Origin: an uncultured Candidatus Saccharibacteria bacterium
GTDB taxonomy: Bacteria; Patescibacteriota; UBA1384; XYA2-FULL-43-10; 1-14-0-10-43-13
Assembly (NCBI GenBank): GCA_964543385.1
Contig: CAZIYE010000001.1
Coordinates: forward strand, 360,001-392,000
Reading direction: 5' to 3'
Length of the DNA: 32,000 nt
Shown: in pieces, positions 9,957 through 18,640 of the stretch
Layout: each line of letters begins with the position of its first letter
How positions within the stretch are numbered: position 1 is the first letter of the stretch
The notes under the pieces: model-generated
Databases searched by the model: none
What the model saw: only the letters and a program-made list of their open reading frames with translations
What the model was told of the DNA's origin: nothing
Program-made: the position numbers and the translations under genes

Positions 9957-10784
9957 CTAGGCGGCTTCTCTGGCCGCCAGACCTTCTTCGATCTCACGCA
10001 CAGCGCGCGCCACAACACCAGCGATGTCACCATCGGCCGGCTTGGTCAGCGGACGCCCCATTACCAGGAAGTCGGAGCCATCGGCGATTGCGATTGCAGG
10101 GGTGACGACCTGCTTCTGGTCCTGAACATCTCCATCGGCGAAGCGGATGCCCGGCGTCACGACCAGGAAATCCCGACCGCAAGCGGCCTTGATCGCCTTG
10201 ACATGCTGAGCCGAGGCTACAACACCATCGAGACCCGCTTCCTTAGCGAGAAGCGCAAGCTGTACTACTACATACTGCACGGCTGCTTTCTCGTTTTCGA
10301 AATTGATCCCGTCGGGGCTCTTGTTCATAAGCCCGAGCTGAAAGAGGTTCGCGTAGTCGAGGCTCGTCAACACAGTGACGCCGATGACGAGTGGCCGCAT
10401 TGAGAGGCCAAGCGCCACGGCTTCGGCTTCGGCGGCTTCACGTGCCGCTTTCATCGCCTCAAGCCCGGAAAGACAGTGCATGTTGATCATGTGCACGCCC
10501 AGACGGACAAGAGACTTGACCGCGCCCACCACCGTGTTCGGAATGTCGGAAAGCTTACCGTCAAGGAAGACGGCCCCACCGATCTCGATAATGTGGCGAA
10601 TGACTGAGGAGAACTCGCCGGTCATAATGAGTTCCAGGCCAACCTTAAAGAACTTGACGCCCTTCGCGGCCATCTGGTCCACCATGGCGATTGCCTTTGC
10701 CGGCGAATCGAAGTCCAACGGGATGATGATCATCCCTGCTACGCTTGCGCATAGCTGAAGCAACCATTGACGTGTTGTCTTCAC
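9957..10784 (-). CDS. pyrF: Orotidine 5'-phosphate decarboxylase (start uncertain; alternative ATG at 10733)
   Basis: IIIPLDFDSPAKA, KVGLELIM, VFLDGKLSDIPNTV, MINMHCLSG, VVTPGIRF, DFLVMGRPLT. Confidence 0.93.
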   Translation of the reverse strand: MKTTRQWLLQLCASVAGMIIIPLDFDSPAKAIAMVDQMAAKGVKFFKVGLELIMTGEFSSVIRHIIEIGGAVFLDGKLSDIPNTVVGAVKSLVRLGVHMINMHCLSGLEAMKAAREAAEAEAVALGLSMRPLVIGVTVLTSLDYANLFQLGLMNKSPDGINFENEKAAVQYVVVQLALLAKEAGLDGVVASAQHVKAIKAACGRDFLVVTPGIRFADGDVQDQKQVVTPAIAIADGSDFLVMGRPLTKPADGDIAGVVARAVREIEEGLAAREAA

Positions 10785-10985
10785 TTAGATTACCTTCTCC
10801 TTCTCCATATCATTAGATACGGAACACAGCCCCGATCGAGTCGGGGTCAAGTTGTCGTTCGGTTGTTAACCGATATGGTACAAAAAAAGCTCCGCTATCT
10901 TCGAATCATAGCCAAGCCCTCTTATGGTAGTAATATAGAGAAAAACTATATGGAAAGCAACAAATATGGTCCTATTAATGCGAAA

Positions 10986-11009
10986 GCGGTCCCCATACGG
11001 GGACCGCTC
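10986..11009 (-). terminator. Candidate terminator hairpin after cdsA
   Basis: Perfect 10-bp stem AGCGGTCCCC-ATAC-GGGGACCGCT; minus strand continues TTTCGCATT, a weak T-tract. Confidence 0.5.
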
Positions 11010-11015
11010 TGCTAA

Positions 11016-11834
11016 TTAACCGACCAGGCTAAGGATGATATATGCAATTGGCGCTGCATATATCATACTATCGAGCCTGTCGAGTATCCCTCCATGACCG
11101 GGGAGAAGGTCACCGGAATCCTTTTTCTTGAAATTCCTTTTCAAAAAAGATTCAACCAGGTCTCCGACCTGACCGAGGAGTCCGATAACTGGCCCAAGAA
11201 GGACCAGAAACGGGTTATGGAGAGTCATAGCGAATGCAATTGCAAATGCCAGTGCTGCCACAAAGCCAGCAACCGAACCACCGATGGTCTTCCCCGCGCT
11301 GACATCTGGGCAGAGCTTGGCGCTCTTTATCCGGCTACCGATCAGGTAAGCCGTAATGTCTATTGCCCAAATCGTAACCAGGAATACTAACAGTAGCACA
11401 GGCCCCTTGGACAAACTCAATCCCCCGATTTCAACATGTCCTGGAATAGACCTGATAGCGACTAAGAAGCTTGGCAGCACACTGACATAGACCGCAAACC
11501 TGAGAAGGTTCGTAGGTTCTAGGTAGAACTTTCTATCGAGAAGTTCTGATCCTAGAAAAATGACAGTGAACACAGCAAGCATACAGAGTGGCGCAGACCA
11601 CAGACTATCAGCCAAAGCAACAGTGCTTAGCATGAAAGTGGCGACAGCCATGAAAATCCATGGCAACTTTACAATTCCTTTTACTTCCATCAAGTCACAG
11701 TATTCGCTCGCCATGATGGCGATCAAAACAGCAACAATAATGGAGAATAACAGGTCGTTGCAAAAAAAGATGGCAACAACTGCTAGGGGTATCCCAATCA
11801 CAGTTACTACCAATCTTTGCAGGAATTTTTTCAT
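11016..11834 (-). CDS. cdsA: Phosphatidate cytidylyltransferase (CDP-diglyceride synthase)
   Basis: Multi-TM; C-terminal S.KR..KKKDSGDLLPGHGGILDRLDSM signature. ORF runs to 11870, but ATG at 11834 follows a GGGGGTAGG Shine-Dalgarno-like sequence. Confidence 0.93.
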   Translation of the reverse strand: MKKFLQRLVVTVIGIPLAVVAIFFCNDLLFSIIVAVLIAIMASEYCDLMEVKGIVKLPWIFMAVATFMLSTVALADSLWSAPLCMLAVFTVIFLGSELLDRKFYLEPTNLLRFAVYVSVLPSFLVAIRSIPGHVEIGGLSLSKGPVLLLVFLVTIWAIDITAYLIGSRIKSAKLCPDVSAGKTIGGSVAGFVAALAFAIAFAMTLHNPFLVLLGPVIGLLGQVGDLVESFLKRNFKKKDSGDLLPGHGGILDRLDSMIYAAPIAYIILSLVG

Positions 11835-11976
11835 ATCCCTACCCCCGAAACAGCGTGCCACCCTGGTCACGTCTTATGTTTGGTCGTCGTATTTAGCGAC
11901 CCATAATAATACAAATAAATGGCACTATTGTCAAGACAATATGCCATTTATTACAGAACCATCTATAGTTAAAATA

Positions 11977-13740
11977 TTATTTGAGAACAGCCTTTATTCG
12001 TCGAACACCAGAGGAAGAACTCTCTTCTTTTTGTATTTCAAAATGACCTAGCTCTCCAGTACGACTGGCATGAGGCCCACCACAAATTTCCTTTGAAAAT
12101 TCACCAATAGTATATACTTTTACTTTTTCACCATATTTTGAATCAAATACGCCCATCGCTCCCTGCGCTTTAGCCTCGTCCACACTCATTTCTGTCATAT
12201 CGATAGATAAATTTTTCTGGATTTGCTCATTGACCAAATCCTCCACTTGCTTGATCTGTTCAGGAGTCATCTTCTCCGGATGCGAAAAATCAAACCTCAA
12301 TCGATCAGGTGTAATATTAGAACCTTTTTGATAAACATGATCTCCTAAAACTTTTCGAAGTGCTGCGAGCATCAGATGAGCTGCCGTATGGAGTCTCTTC
12401 GTCTCTTCACCAGCATCAGCAAGTCCACCTTTAAACATACCAGAAGAGGCGGTACGAGATTTTTCTTGATGATCCTTATAAAAAATATTGAATTTATCTA
12501 TAGCATCATCAGCCAATAACACTTTCCTGACATTTAATTCTTCAACAGAAATTTCTAATGGGATACCTCTTGATTGATATAGATCAAAAAGTTCATGGCC
12601 GTCTACTTTAACACCATTTTTCTCAAAATGCTTTTGATAAGAGTTGATTTCGATCAGTCCGGCGATAAGAGTTTTTCTGAATTTGTTCTCCTCTTTTTCA
12701 ATTTCAGAAAGAATAGTTTCCTTATTGAAGTTATACACCCCTTCATAAATCTCAAAGACCTTCTCAGCAATTTTGGTTGTGAAATTTTCACTAATTGCAA
12801 GCTGATGGCCTTTAACAATCGCCCGACGAATTAACCTTCTTAAGACATATCCCCTGTCTTTATTAGATGGTACCACTCCATCATTTATCATAAATGTAGC
12901 AGCCTTTAGATGGTCTGCAATAATACGAAAATCTTTCTCATTTTCAGAATATTTTTTGCCAGAAATTTGCTCAATTTCTTTTAAAATTAGTTCAAAAAGG
13001 TCAGTTTCAAAGACATTATCTCGTCCATCAAGGTATGACAATATTCTCTCTAATCCACCACCAAAATCAACATTCTTTTGAGTTAAAAGTTCGAATTTGC
13101 CATCCTCTGCTTTGTTGTACTCCATAAAAACATCGTTGCAAATTTCCACCCAATTTTTGTCTTTTGGATCATATTTTTGAGGTGCTACTCCCCCACCAGT
13201 CCAAACAAACATCTCAGTATCAGGGCCACATGGTCCGGTTACTCCCGCCGGCCCCCACCAGTTATCTTCATAGCCAAGAAAAGCGATTCTTTTCTCCGGG
13301 ATTCCCAAAGCTTTCCAAATGGCAGCAGACTCATTATCTTTTGGGATGCCACTCGATGGATCACCCTCGAAACAGGTAACTGCCAAATTTTTAGGATCAA
13401 TTTTCAATACCTTGGTTAGAAATTCAAATATGTATTCTATAGCGTCTTTTTTGAAGTAATCACCAAGCGACCAATATCCAAGCATCTCAAAGAAGGTGCA
13501 ATGAGTCTTGTCGCCAACTTCATCAATATCGCCGGTCCTGATACATTTCTGAACATTAGTAAGCCTTTTACCGGCAGGGTGCTTTTCACCTATTAAATAT
13601 GGCACCAGTGGGTGCATACCAGCAGTTGTAAATAAGACTGTGGGATCATTTTCTGGCACCAAAGAAGCAGAAGGAAGCACAAAGTGCCCCTTCTCTTTAA
13701 AAAACCCAATAAATTTATTTCTTAACTCTCTTGAATCCAT
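11977..13740 (-). CDS. alaS: Alanine--tRNA ligase, short form
   Basis: 587 aa; RNKFIGFFKEKGH, FTTAGMHPLVPYL, GDYFKK, FGGGLERIL, RRLIRRA; editing-site residues HTAAH and CGGPH. Ends after the SAD domain. Confidence 0.95.
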   Translation of the reverse strand: MDSRELRNKFIGFFKEKGHFVLPSASLVPENDPTVLFTTAGMHPLVPYLIGEKHPAGKRLTNVQKCIRTGDIDEVGDKTHCTFFEMLGYWSLGDYFKKDAIEYIFEFLTKVLKIDPKNLAVTCFEGDPSSGIPKDNESAAIWKALGIPEKRIAFLGYEDNWWGPAGVTGPCGPDTEMFVWTGGGVAPQKYDPKDKNWVEICNDVFMEYNKAEDGKFELLTQKNVDFGGGLERILSYLDGRDNVFETDLFELILKEIEQISGKKYSENEKDFRIIADHLKAATFMINDGVVPSNKDRGYVLRRLIRRAIVKGHQLAISENFTTKIAEKVFEIYEGVYNFNKETILSEIEKEENKFRKTLIAGLIEINSYQKHFEKNGVKVDGHELFDLYQSRGIPLEISVEELNVRKVLLADDAIDKFNIFYKDHQEKSRTASSGMFKGGLADAGEETKRLHTAAHLMLAALRKVLGDHVYQKGSNITPDRLRFDFSHPEKMTPEQIKQVEDLVNEQIQKNLSIDMTEMSVDEAKAQGAMGVFDSKYGEKVKVYTIGEFSKEICGGPHASRTGELGHFEIQKEESSSSGVRRIKAVLK

Positions 13741-13767
13741 AACCGTTCTAAAATTAATAAACCATTA

Positions 13768-14433
13768 CTAGAAATTAAACACGTTGCCAAAGATTCTTGA
13801 CCAAACAAAACCTCTGATTTTAGCCTCTTCTTCCTCTGGCGCAGCCTGTTTTAGCTCGACAGCTTCAAAAATACCAAGTTCTCGAGGATACATTGTTCTG
13901 TAAACATTTTGATAATTAATTACTTTCTTCACGTAGTTTACAGTTTCTCCTTTTGAATTACTATTAATAATCTTGTCAAAGATATTCCGTCTAATCCAAC
14001 TATCAGCAGTCCCGGTTCCAGCATTATAGCCTACCAGTGCTTGCTCAACAGAACCATTGTATTTCCTCAAGAGGTCACGCAAATGAGCAGCACCAAATTC
14101 TACTGAAGTTTCTGCATCAAAAATATCATAATTTGGCCATCTGCCAGTCTCCTTTGCCATTGTTGCAGCAGTTCCTGGCATAAATTGCATCAATCCCCTT
14201 GCCCCCATCGGAGAAACAGCTTTGGGGTTGAATCGGCTTTCCTGAAAAATCACTGCCGCTACCAATGCTGGGTCAACATCATATTTGTCAGAATATGTAC
14301 GGATATAATCTTCGTACTTCAAAGGATAAACCTCATCTGCAAACATCTTAGGTAAATAAAAATATAAGGCTAGTGCCCCCAAAACACAAAGAGAAATAGC
14401 CAAATATGCTTTAATTTTCTTCTTTTTCAACAT
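13768..14433 (-). CDS. SLT-family lytic transglycosylase
   Basis: 221 aa; N-terminal TM, VFQESRFNPKAVSPMGARGLMQFMPGTA, ALVGYNAGTG. Confidence 0.9.
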   Translation of the reverse strand: MLKKKKIKAYLAISLCVLGALALYFYLPKMFADEVYPLKYEDYIRTYSDKYDVDPALVAAVIFQESRFNPKAVSPMGARGLMQFMPGTAATMAKETGRWPNYDIFDAETSVEFGAAHLRDLLRKYNGSVEQALVGYNAGTGTADSWIRRNIFDKIINSNSKGETVNYVKKVINYQNVYRTMYPRELGIFEAVELKQAAPEEEEAKIRGFVWSRIFGNVFNF

Positions 14434-14504
14434 AGGTATGGCCCTTTTTTATTTGTCTAATAATAACACAGGACAAATGATATGAGAAGTTATCGCCTAG
14501 CGAC

Positions 14505-15410
14505 TTACATCCAGCTTCTCTTTCTAAAATAGAAAAGCATAGTAATACTGATAAAAACAAGGAAACCAAAAATTATTTCGGTTGAGAATCGGCTTTCAGC
14601 AAATGGCAATCCAGAAACATTCATTCCATAGAAACCAGTAATCACTGTCAAAGGAAGCATTATTACCGAAATAATCGTTAGAATCTTCATGACTTCATTC
14701 AAACGTTGAGTTAGGAGAGACTCGTTTGTACGCTGCAACACATCTACAACTTCCTTATTACTGTCTAGAAGTTCCCAAATTCTATCAATCTTATCGGCGA
14801 TATCTTCATAATAAAATTCCAGGTCTTCGGCAATGAATTTTGTCTTAATCGCCTCTAAATCCTCAATAAAATATCGCTGTGGTCGAATAACTCTTCGAAA
14901 ATTGATAATGTCCTGAGCAATAATCGAAAGTTCTTCCAACGTATTCCTGGATTGGTCGACATAAAGTTCATCTTCTACACGATCAAGGTTAAATCCTATT
15001 TTCTCTAGCATTGGAAAACAATAATTAAATGAGGTATTCAATATCTCATAAAGCAAATAGGCCGGTGACGAATATTTTAGTTGACCAGTATTTTTTGAAA
15101 TTTCTGCAAAGTACCTATTAAGTGGTTTAAGATCACCATTGTGGAGAGTAATTACATAGTTCTTACCCAAAAAAACGTTTAGTTCTAGTGCGACAGTCCT
15201 CCTTGAAACCTTCAAATATCGCGGAAGATGGAAAACCATAAAAAGATAACTTTCATAATCATCAATCTTCGGCTGCTGTATACTTAAACGGCAATCTTCG
15301 ATAGCTAAATGGTGAAATTTATATTTTTCTTCCAAAAAATCTAGATCTGTATTGGTAGGATCAACGATATTTATCCAAGAGAAATTTTTGAATTTTACTT
15401 CCTGACGCAT
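14505..15410 (-). CDS. corA: CorA-family divalent cation transporter
   Basis: 301 aa; C-terminal TM pair with YGMN (TGFYGMNVSGLP) motif. Confidence 0.92.
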   Translation of the reverse strand: MRQEVKFKNFSWINIVDPTNTDLDFLEEKYKFHHLAIEDCRLSIQQPKIDDYESYLFMVFHLPRYLKVSRRTVALELNVFLGKNYVITLHNGDLKPLNRYFAEISKNTGQLKYSSPAYLLYEILNTSFNYCFPMLEKIGFNLDRVEDELYVDQSRNTLEELSIIAQDIINFRRVIRPQRYFIEDLEAIKTKFIAEDLEFYYEDIADKIDRIWELLDSNKEVVDVLQRTNESLLTQRLNEVMKILTIISVIMLPLTVITGFYGMNVSGLPFAESRFSTEIIFGFLVFISITMLFYFRKRSWM

Positions 15411-15620
15411 AATTTCCCTATCTATATTAAATTGTTTACAGCTTCAATGAATATGCCATATAAATCATATAATGACAAACAAATACTGTCAAAGCAAGAG
15501 CCATTTTATGAATTATGGCAAAGAATTAATAGCTTTTTTACCATCAAATAAGCTAGATTTACAAGAGAAATATTATTGGGCTATAATATTGTTTGTTTAA
15601 TAAAAGCTAAGGGAGCAAAT

Positions 15621-16787
15621 ATGGATATATTGAAAAATGTATTTAAGCGAAAAATGCGTGCCTTTTTGACAATTTTCGGTATTGTGATCGGCATCCTGGC
15701 TCTTGTCATGATGGGTTCTATTGCTGAAAAATTAACTCTATTAGTTGATGGTGGGACAAAATATTATTCAGATAAAGTCACTGTTTCGGAAGCCTCAAAC
15801 GCTATAACAGGCTTTGGGACAAACCCTCTGTCTATCGACAAGATCGCTGACCTCGAAAAGGTTGATGGCGTTGCTAGGGCCAGTTCTGGTATAGCCATGA
15901 TGCTCGACGAAGAGATGAGCTCGGTAAATATGGGCGTTCCTCCAAATATTCAAGGCACAGATTTTCGAGACGAAGGCTTTGAGAGTTTTAAGATTTTTTA
16001 CTCATCCGGTAGAGCATTAGCACCCGATGATAACGGTAAAGTTGTTGTCGGCTCTGACCTAGTAAAGAAGTTAAGCGCAAAAGTTGGGAACAAGGTAAAA
16101 ATTCGCGGAAAATATTTTGAGGTCGTAGGAATTATGGAAAAAACCCTGACTGCTCCTGATTCGGCAGTTATGATGACCCTTTTAGACTCGCAAGATCTTT
16201 ATGCAAAAACCCTGCCAGAAGCTATCAGAACACAGGTAGATATAAAAAAACTTGTTACTTCTATAGTCGTATTTCCTAAAAAAGATGTGAACCCTGACGA
16301 ACTTGCTAAAAAAATTAATGCTGAGGTAAAAGGAGTAAAAGCAACCGGGCCAGCAGATTTCCAAAGGGATATCGCCGAGCCGATGAAACCATTCAAGGCA
16401 ATCATCTTTGGTGTTGCATTAATTTCCTTAATTGTTGGCGGACTCTCAATTATCAACACTATGACTATGTCTGTGTCTGAAAGAACTCGAGAAGTGGGAA
16501 TCCGCAAAGCTATAGGTGCATCAGAAGGAAGCATCATCAAACAATTCCTCCTAGAGTCAGCATTTATTGGTTTTCTTGGAGGCATTATTGGCTTAGGATT
16601 AGGATATCTTCTGACTATTTTATTGAACAAAGCAGGTGCTGACAATAACATGGCCATATTTCTGCTTACACCAAGACTAGCTATCGGATCGATTTCCTTT
16701 TCTCTATTCTTGGGGATTTTTTCAGGTATTTATCCAGCATGGTATGCTTCTAGACTAGATCCGATTAAGGCATTAAGATACGAGTAG
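15621..16787 (+). CDS. FtsX/MacB-type ABC transporter permease
   Basis: MDILKNVFKRKMRAFLTIFGIVIG, TMTMSVSERTREVGIRKAIGAS; start refined to 15621 after an AAGGGAG-like Shine-Dalgarno. Confidence 0.9.
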   Translation: MDILKNVFKRKMRAFLTIFGIVIGILALVMMGSIAEKLTLLVDGGTKYYSDKVTVSEASNAITGFGTNPLSIDKIADLEKVDGVARASSGIAMMLDEEMSSVNMGVPPNIQGTDFRDEGFESFKIFYSSGRALAPDDNGKVVVGSDLVKKLSAKVGNKVKIRGKYFEVVGIMEKTLTAPDSAVMMTLLDSQDLYAKTLPEAIRTQVDIKKLVTSIVVFPKKDVNPDELAKKINAEVKGVKATGPADFQRDIAEPMKPFKAIIFGVALISLIVGGLSIINTMTMSVSERTREVGIRKAIGASEGSIIKQFLLESAFIGFLGGIIGLGLGYLLTILLNKAGADNNMAIFLLTPRLAIGSISFSLFLGIFSGIYPAWYASRLDPIKALRYE

Positions 16788-16797
16788 AGGAATAACA

Positions 16798-17463
16798 ATG
16801 ATAAAAGTAAAAAATATTTCAAAAAGATACCAACTCGGCAAAGATAATTTTGTCGACGCATTACGAGGTGCTTCACTCGAAATTAGTGAAGGGGAAATGG
16901 TTGCAATAATGGGCCCTTCCGGCTCAGGTAAGTCGACGATGATGCATCTCATCGGCTGTCTAGACCATCCAACCAGTGGAGAATTATACTTAAATGACAA
17001 AAGATTAGATAACCTCAATAGACATGAGCTCACAAAGGTTAGAAGCCAGGAAATAGGTTTCATCTTCCAGGGATTTAATTTAATTCCAACACTTACAGCT
17101 CTTGAAAATGTTTCTCTTGCAGCTGAGTATGCTGGAAACACCAAAGCTAAGGCCATTTCTCTAGCCGAAGAAGCGTTAGACAAGGTTGGTTTGAAGAATA
17201 GAGCAAAACATCTACCGAGTGAATTATCAGGTGGACAGCAACAAAGAGTTGCCATCGCTAGAGCCTTGGTCAACAAACCAAAAGTGATACTTGGAGACGA
17301 ACCAACTGGTGATTTAGATACCGCCAGCTCTGAAGAAATTATAAATATGATGAGAAAAGTAAATAAAGAGACTAAAACAACTTTTATTTTGGTCACACAC
17401 AATCCCGATGTTGCAAAATTTTGTGATCGCACAGTCAATATGAAAGATGGTAAAATAGTTTAG
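16798..17463 (+). CDS. LolD/MacB-type ABC transporter ATP-binding protein
   Basis: 221 aa; Walker A GPSGSGKST, LSGGQQQRVAIARAL, Walker B VILGDEPTGDLD. Confidence 0.95.
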   Translation: MIKVKNISKRYQLGKDNFVDALRGASLEISEGEMVAIMGPSGSGKSTMMHLIGCLDHPTSGELYLNDKRLDNLNRHELTKVRSQEIGFIFQGFNLIPTLTALENVSLAAEYAGNTKAKAISLAEEALDKVGLKNRAKHLPSELSGGQQQRVAIARALVNKPKVILGDEPTGDLDTASSEEIINMMRKVNKETKTTFILVTHNPDVAKFCDRTVNMKDGKIV

Positions 17464-17568
17464 TTTACAAAAAATATATAGAACTGATACTAGAAGACGC
17501 ACGCATATATTGTACATATGGGTATAAAAATGTTATAAAAAAGCAACTGCCCCAAGAGGAGATTAATC

Positions 17569-17871
17569 ATGAACAGATTGGCCAGATTCTTTTTCCGCCT
17601 GTTCGTTCCGGAAAGCAAAGCTTTCAAGAGCTTTCTACAAACAGTGTCAAACCGTCGATGCCGTCGAGAGATGGCAAAACGCTATCGTCCCAAGCCAGTC
17701 ACACCTGGAATTATTACCATCATCAGGGAGTCATGGCACCTTATGCTAGGGGCAAGTGATTGCCCCAAATGTGAAGGCGTTATGATCCCTCAAATCTTCT
17801 TTTCCAGCCCTGAAGACACGACGGGCACAAAAGGAGGTGAGGTATGCTCCAGATGTCAGCTAAAGCGCTGA
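17569..17871 (+). CDS. Small zinc-ribbon-like orphan protein
   Basis: 100 aa; strong AGAGGAGA Shine-Dalgarno; CPKC...CSRC pair near the C-terminus; higher GC than flanks. Confidence 0.55.
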   Translation: MNRLARFFFRLFVPESKAFKSFLQTVSNRRCRREMAKRYRPKPVTPGIITIIRESWHLMLGASDCPKCEGVMIPQIFFSSPEDTTGTKGGEVCSRCQLKR

Positions 17872-17894
17872 TGACGGCAGTAATGGCAAGTTCC

Positions 17895-17928
17895 GGTAGT
17901 GTATGTTGTTTCGACAATGTGCGCTACC
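17895..17928 (+). other. 15-bp RNA hairpin capped by UUCG
   Basis: GGTAGTGTATGTTGT-TTCG-ACAATGTGCGCTACC; all 15 positions pair as Watson-Crick or G-U when read on the + strand. Confidence 0.7.
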
Positions 17929-17957
17929 ACCCATTCACTTTTAAACATATACAAAAT

Positions 17958-17986
17958 AAAAAAGCTCCATTTCTGGAGCTTTTTTA
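17958..17986. terminator. Bidirectional rho-independent terminator
   Basis: aaaaaagctccatttctggagctttttt; serves the + strand orphan and the - strand RRM gene. Confidence 0.85.
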
Positions 17987-18004
17987 TTTATCAGTGCAGA
18001 ATAA

Positions 18005-18340
18005 TTATCTGTTGAAAGATCGTCCGCCACCAAAACCGCCATTACCACCGCCACGGTTGAAACCGTCACGTTTTTCTTGTGGTCTAGCAAGGTTGACGAA
18101 GATTTGTCTGCCTTCGATTTCTTTACCGTTCATCTCTTTGATAGCAATCTCTGCCATCTCATCAGTTTCAAGGGTAACGAATCCAAAGCCTTTTGATCTA
18201 CCATCATTGAATTTATCAGTGATGACTTTTGCTTCGACAACTACAACGCCTTCAATTTCGCTGAACATGCTAAGAAGCATTTCATCATCGACTTTGTAAG
18301 CTAAGTTGCTAACAAAAAGTTTGTTTTTTTCGTTTTGCAT
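18005..18340 (-). CDS. Glycine-rich RRM RNA-binding protein
   Basis: 111 aa; RNP2 LFVSNLAY, RNP1 KGFGFVTL, C-terminal RGGGNGGFGGGRS tail. Confidence 0.95.
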   Translation of the reverse strand: MQNEKNKLFVSNLAYKVDDEMLLSMFSEIEGVVVVEAKVITDKFNDGRSKGFGFVTLETDEMAEIAIKEMNGKEIEGRQIFVNLARPQEKRDGFNRGGGNGGFGGGRSFNR

Positions 18341-18448
18341 TTTGTCCTTTTGGGATCTATTTAAAAATCGACCTTTTAGTTTTTCCCCGGCCGATTCATT
18401 TAGTACATGATACTTAAATTCAGTTGGCGAGTAATTTAACTTGGGTTA

Positions 18449-18477
18449 ACAATACCATATTGAATAACATAAGTCAA
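18449..18477 (-). promoter_or_regulatory. Candidate promoter of the RRM gene
   Basis: Minus strand TTGACT-N17-TATTGT. Confidence 0.4.
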
Positions 18478-18640
18478 TGTCAAAGCAAGAAACTACTGTT
18501 TAAAATAAATATTTACCGCAAGATCTGCTGGCTACAATTACTCTAGACCTATCTATCTGACATATTTAAGAGTAACGTTGATAATTGGGCACAAATTCTA
18601 GTCTAGTAATAGCCCCTCTAACCGAAAGCAGAACCTTAAA

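Noticed and set aside
15621-17463. Complete MacAB-TolC-type efflux system.
   Set aside because: Only the permease and ATPase are present; there is no membrane fusion protein or outer-membrane partner, so no substrate can be inferred.
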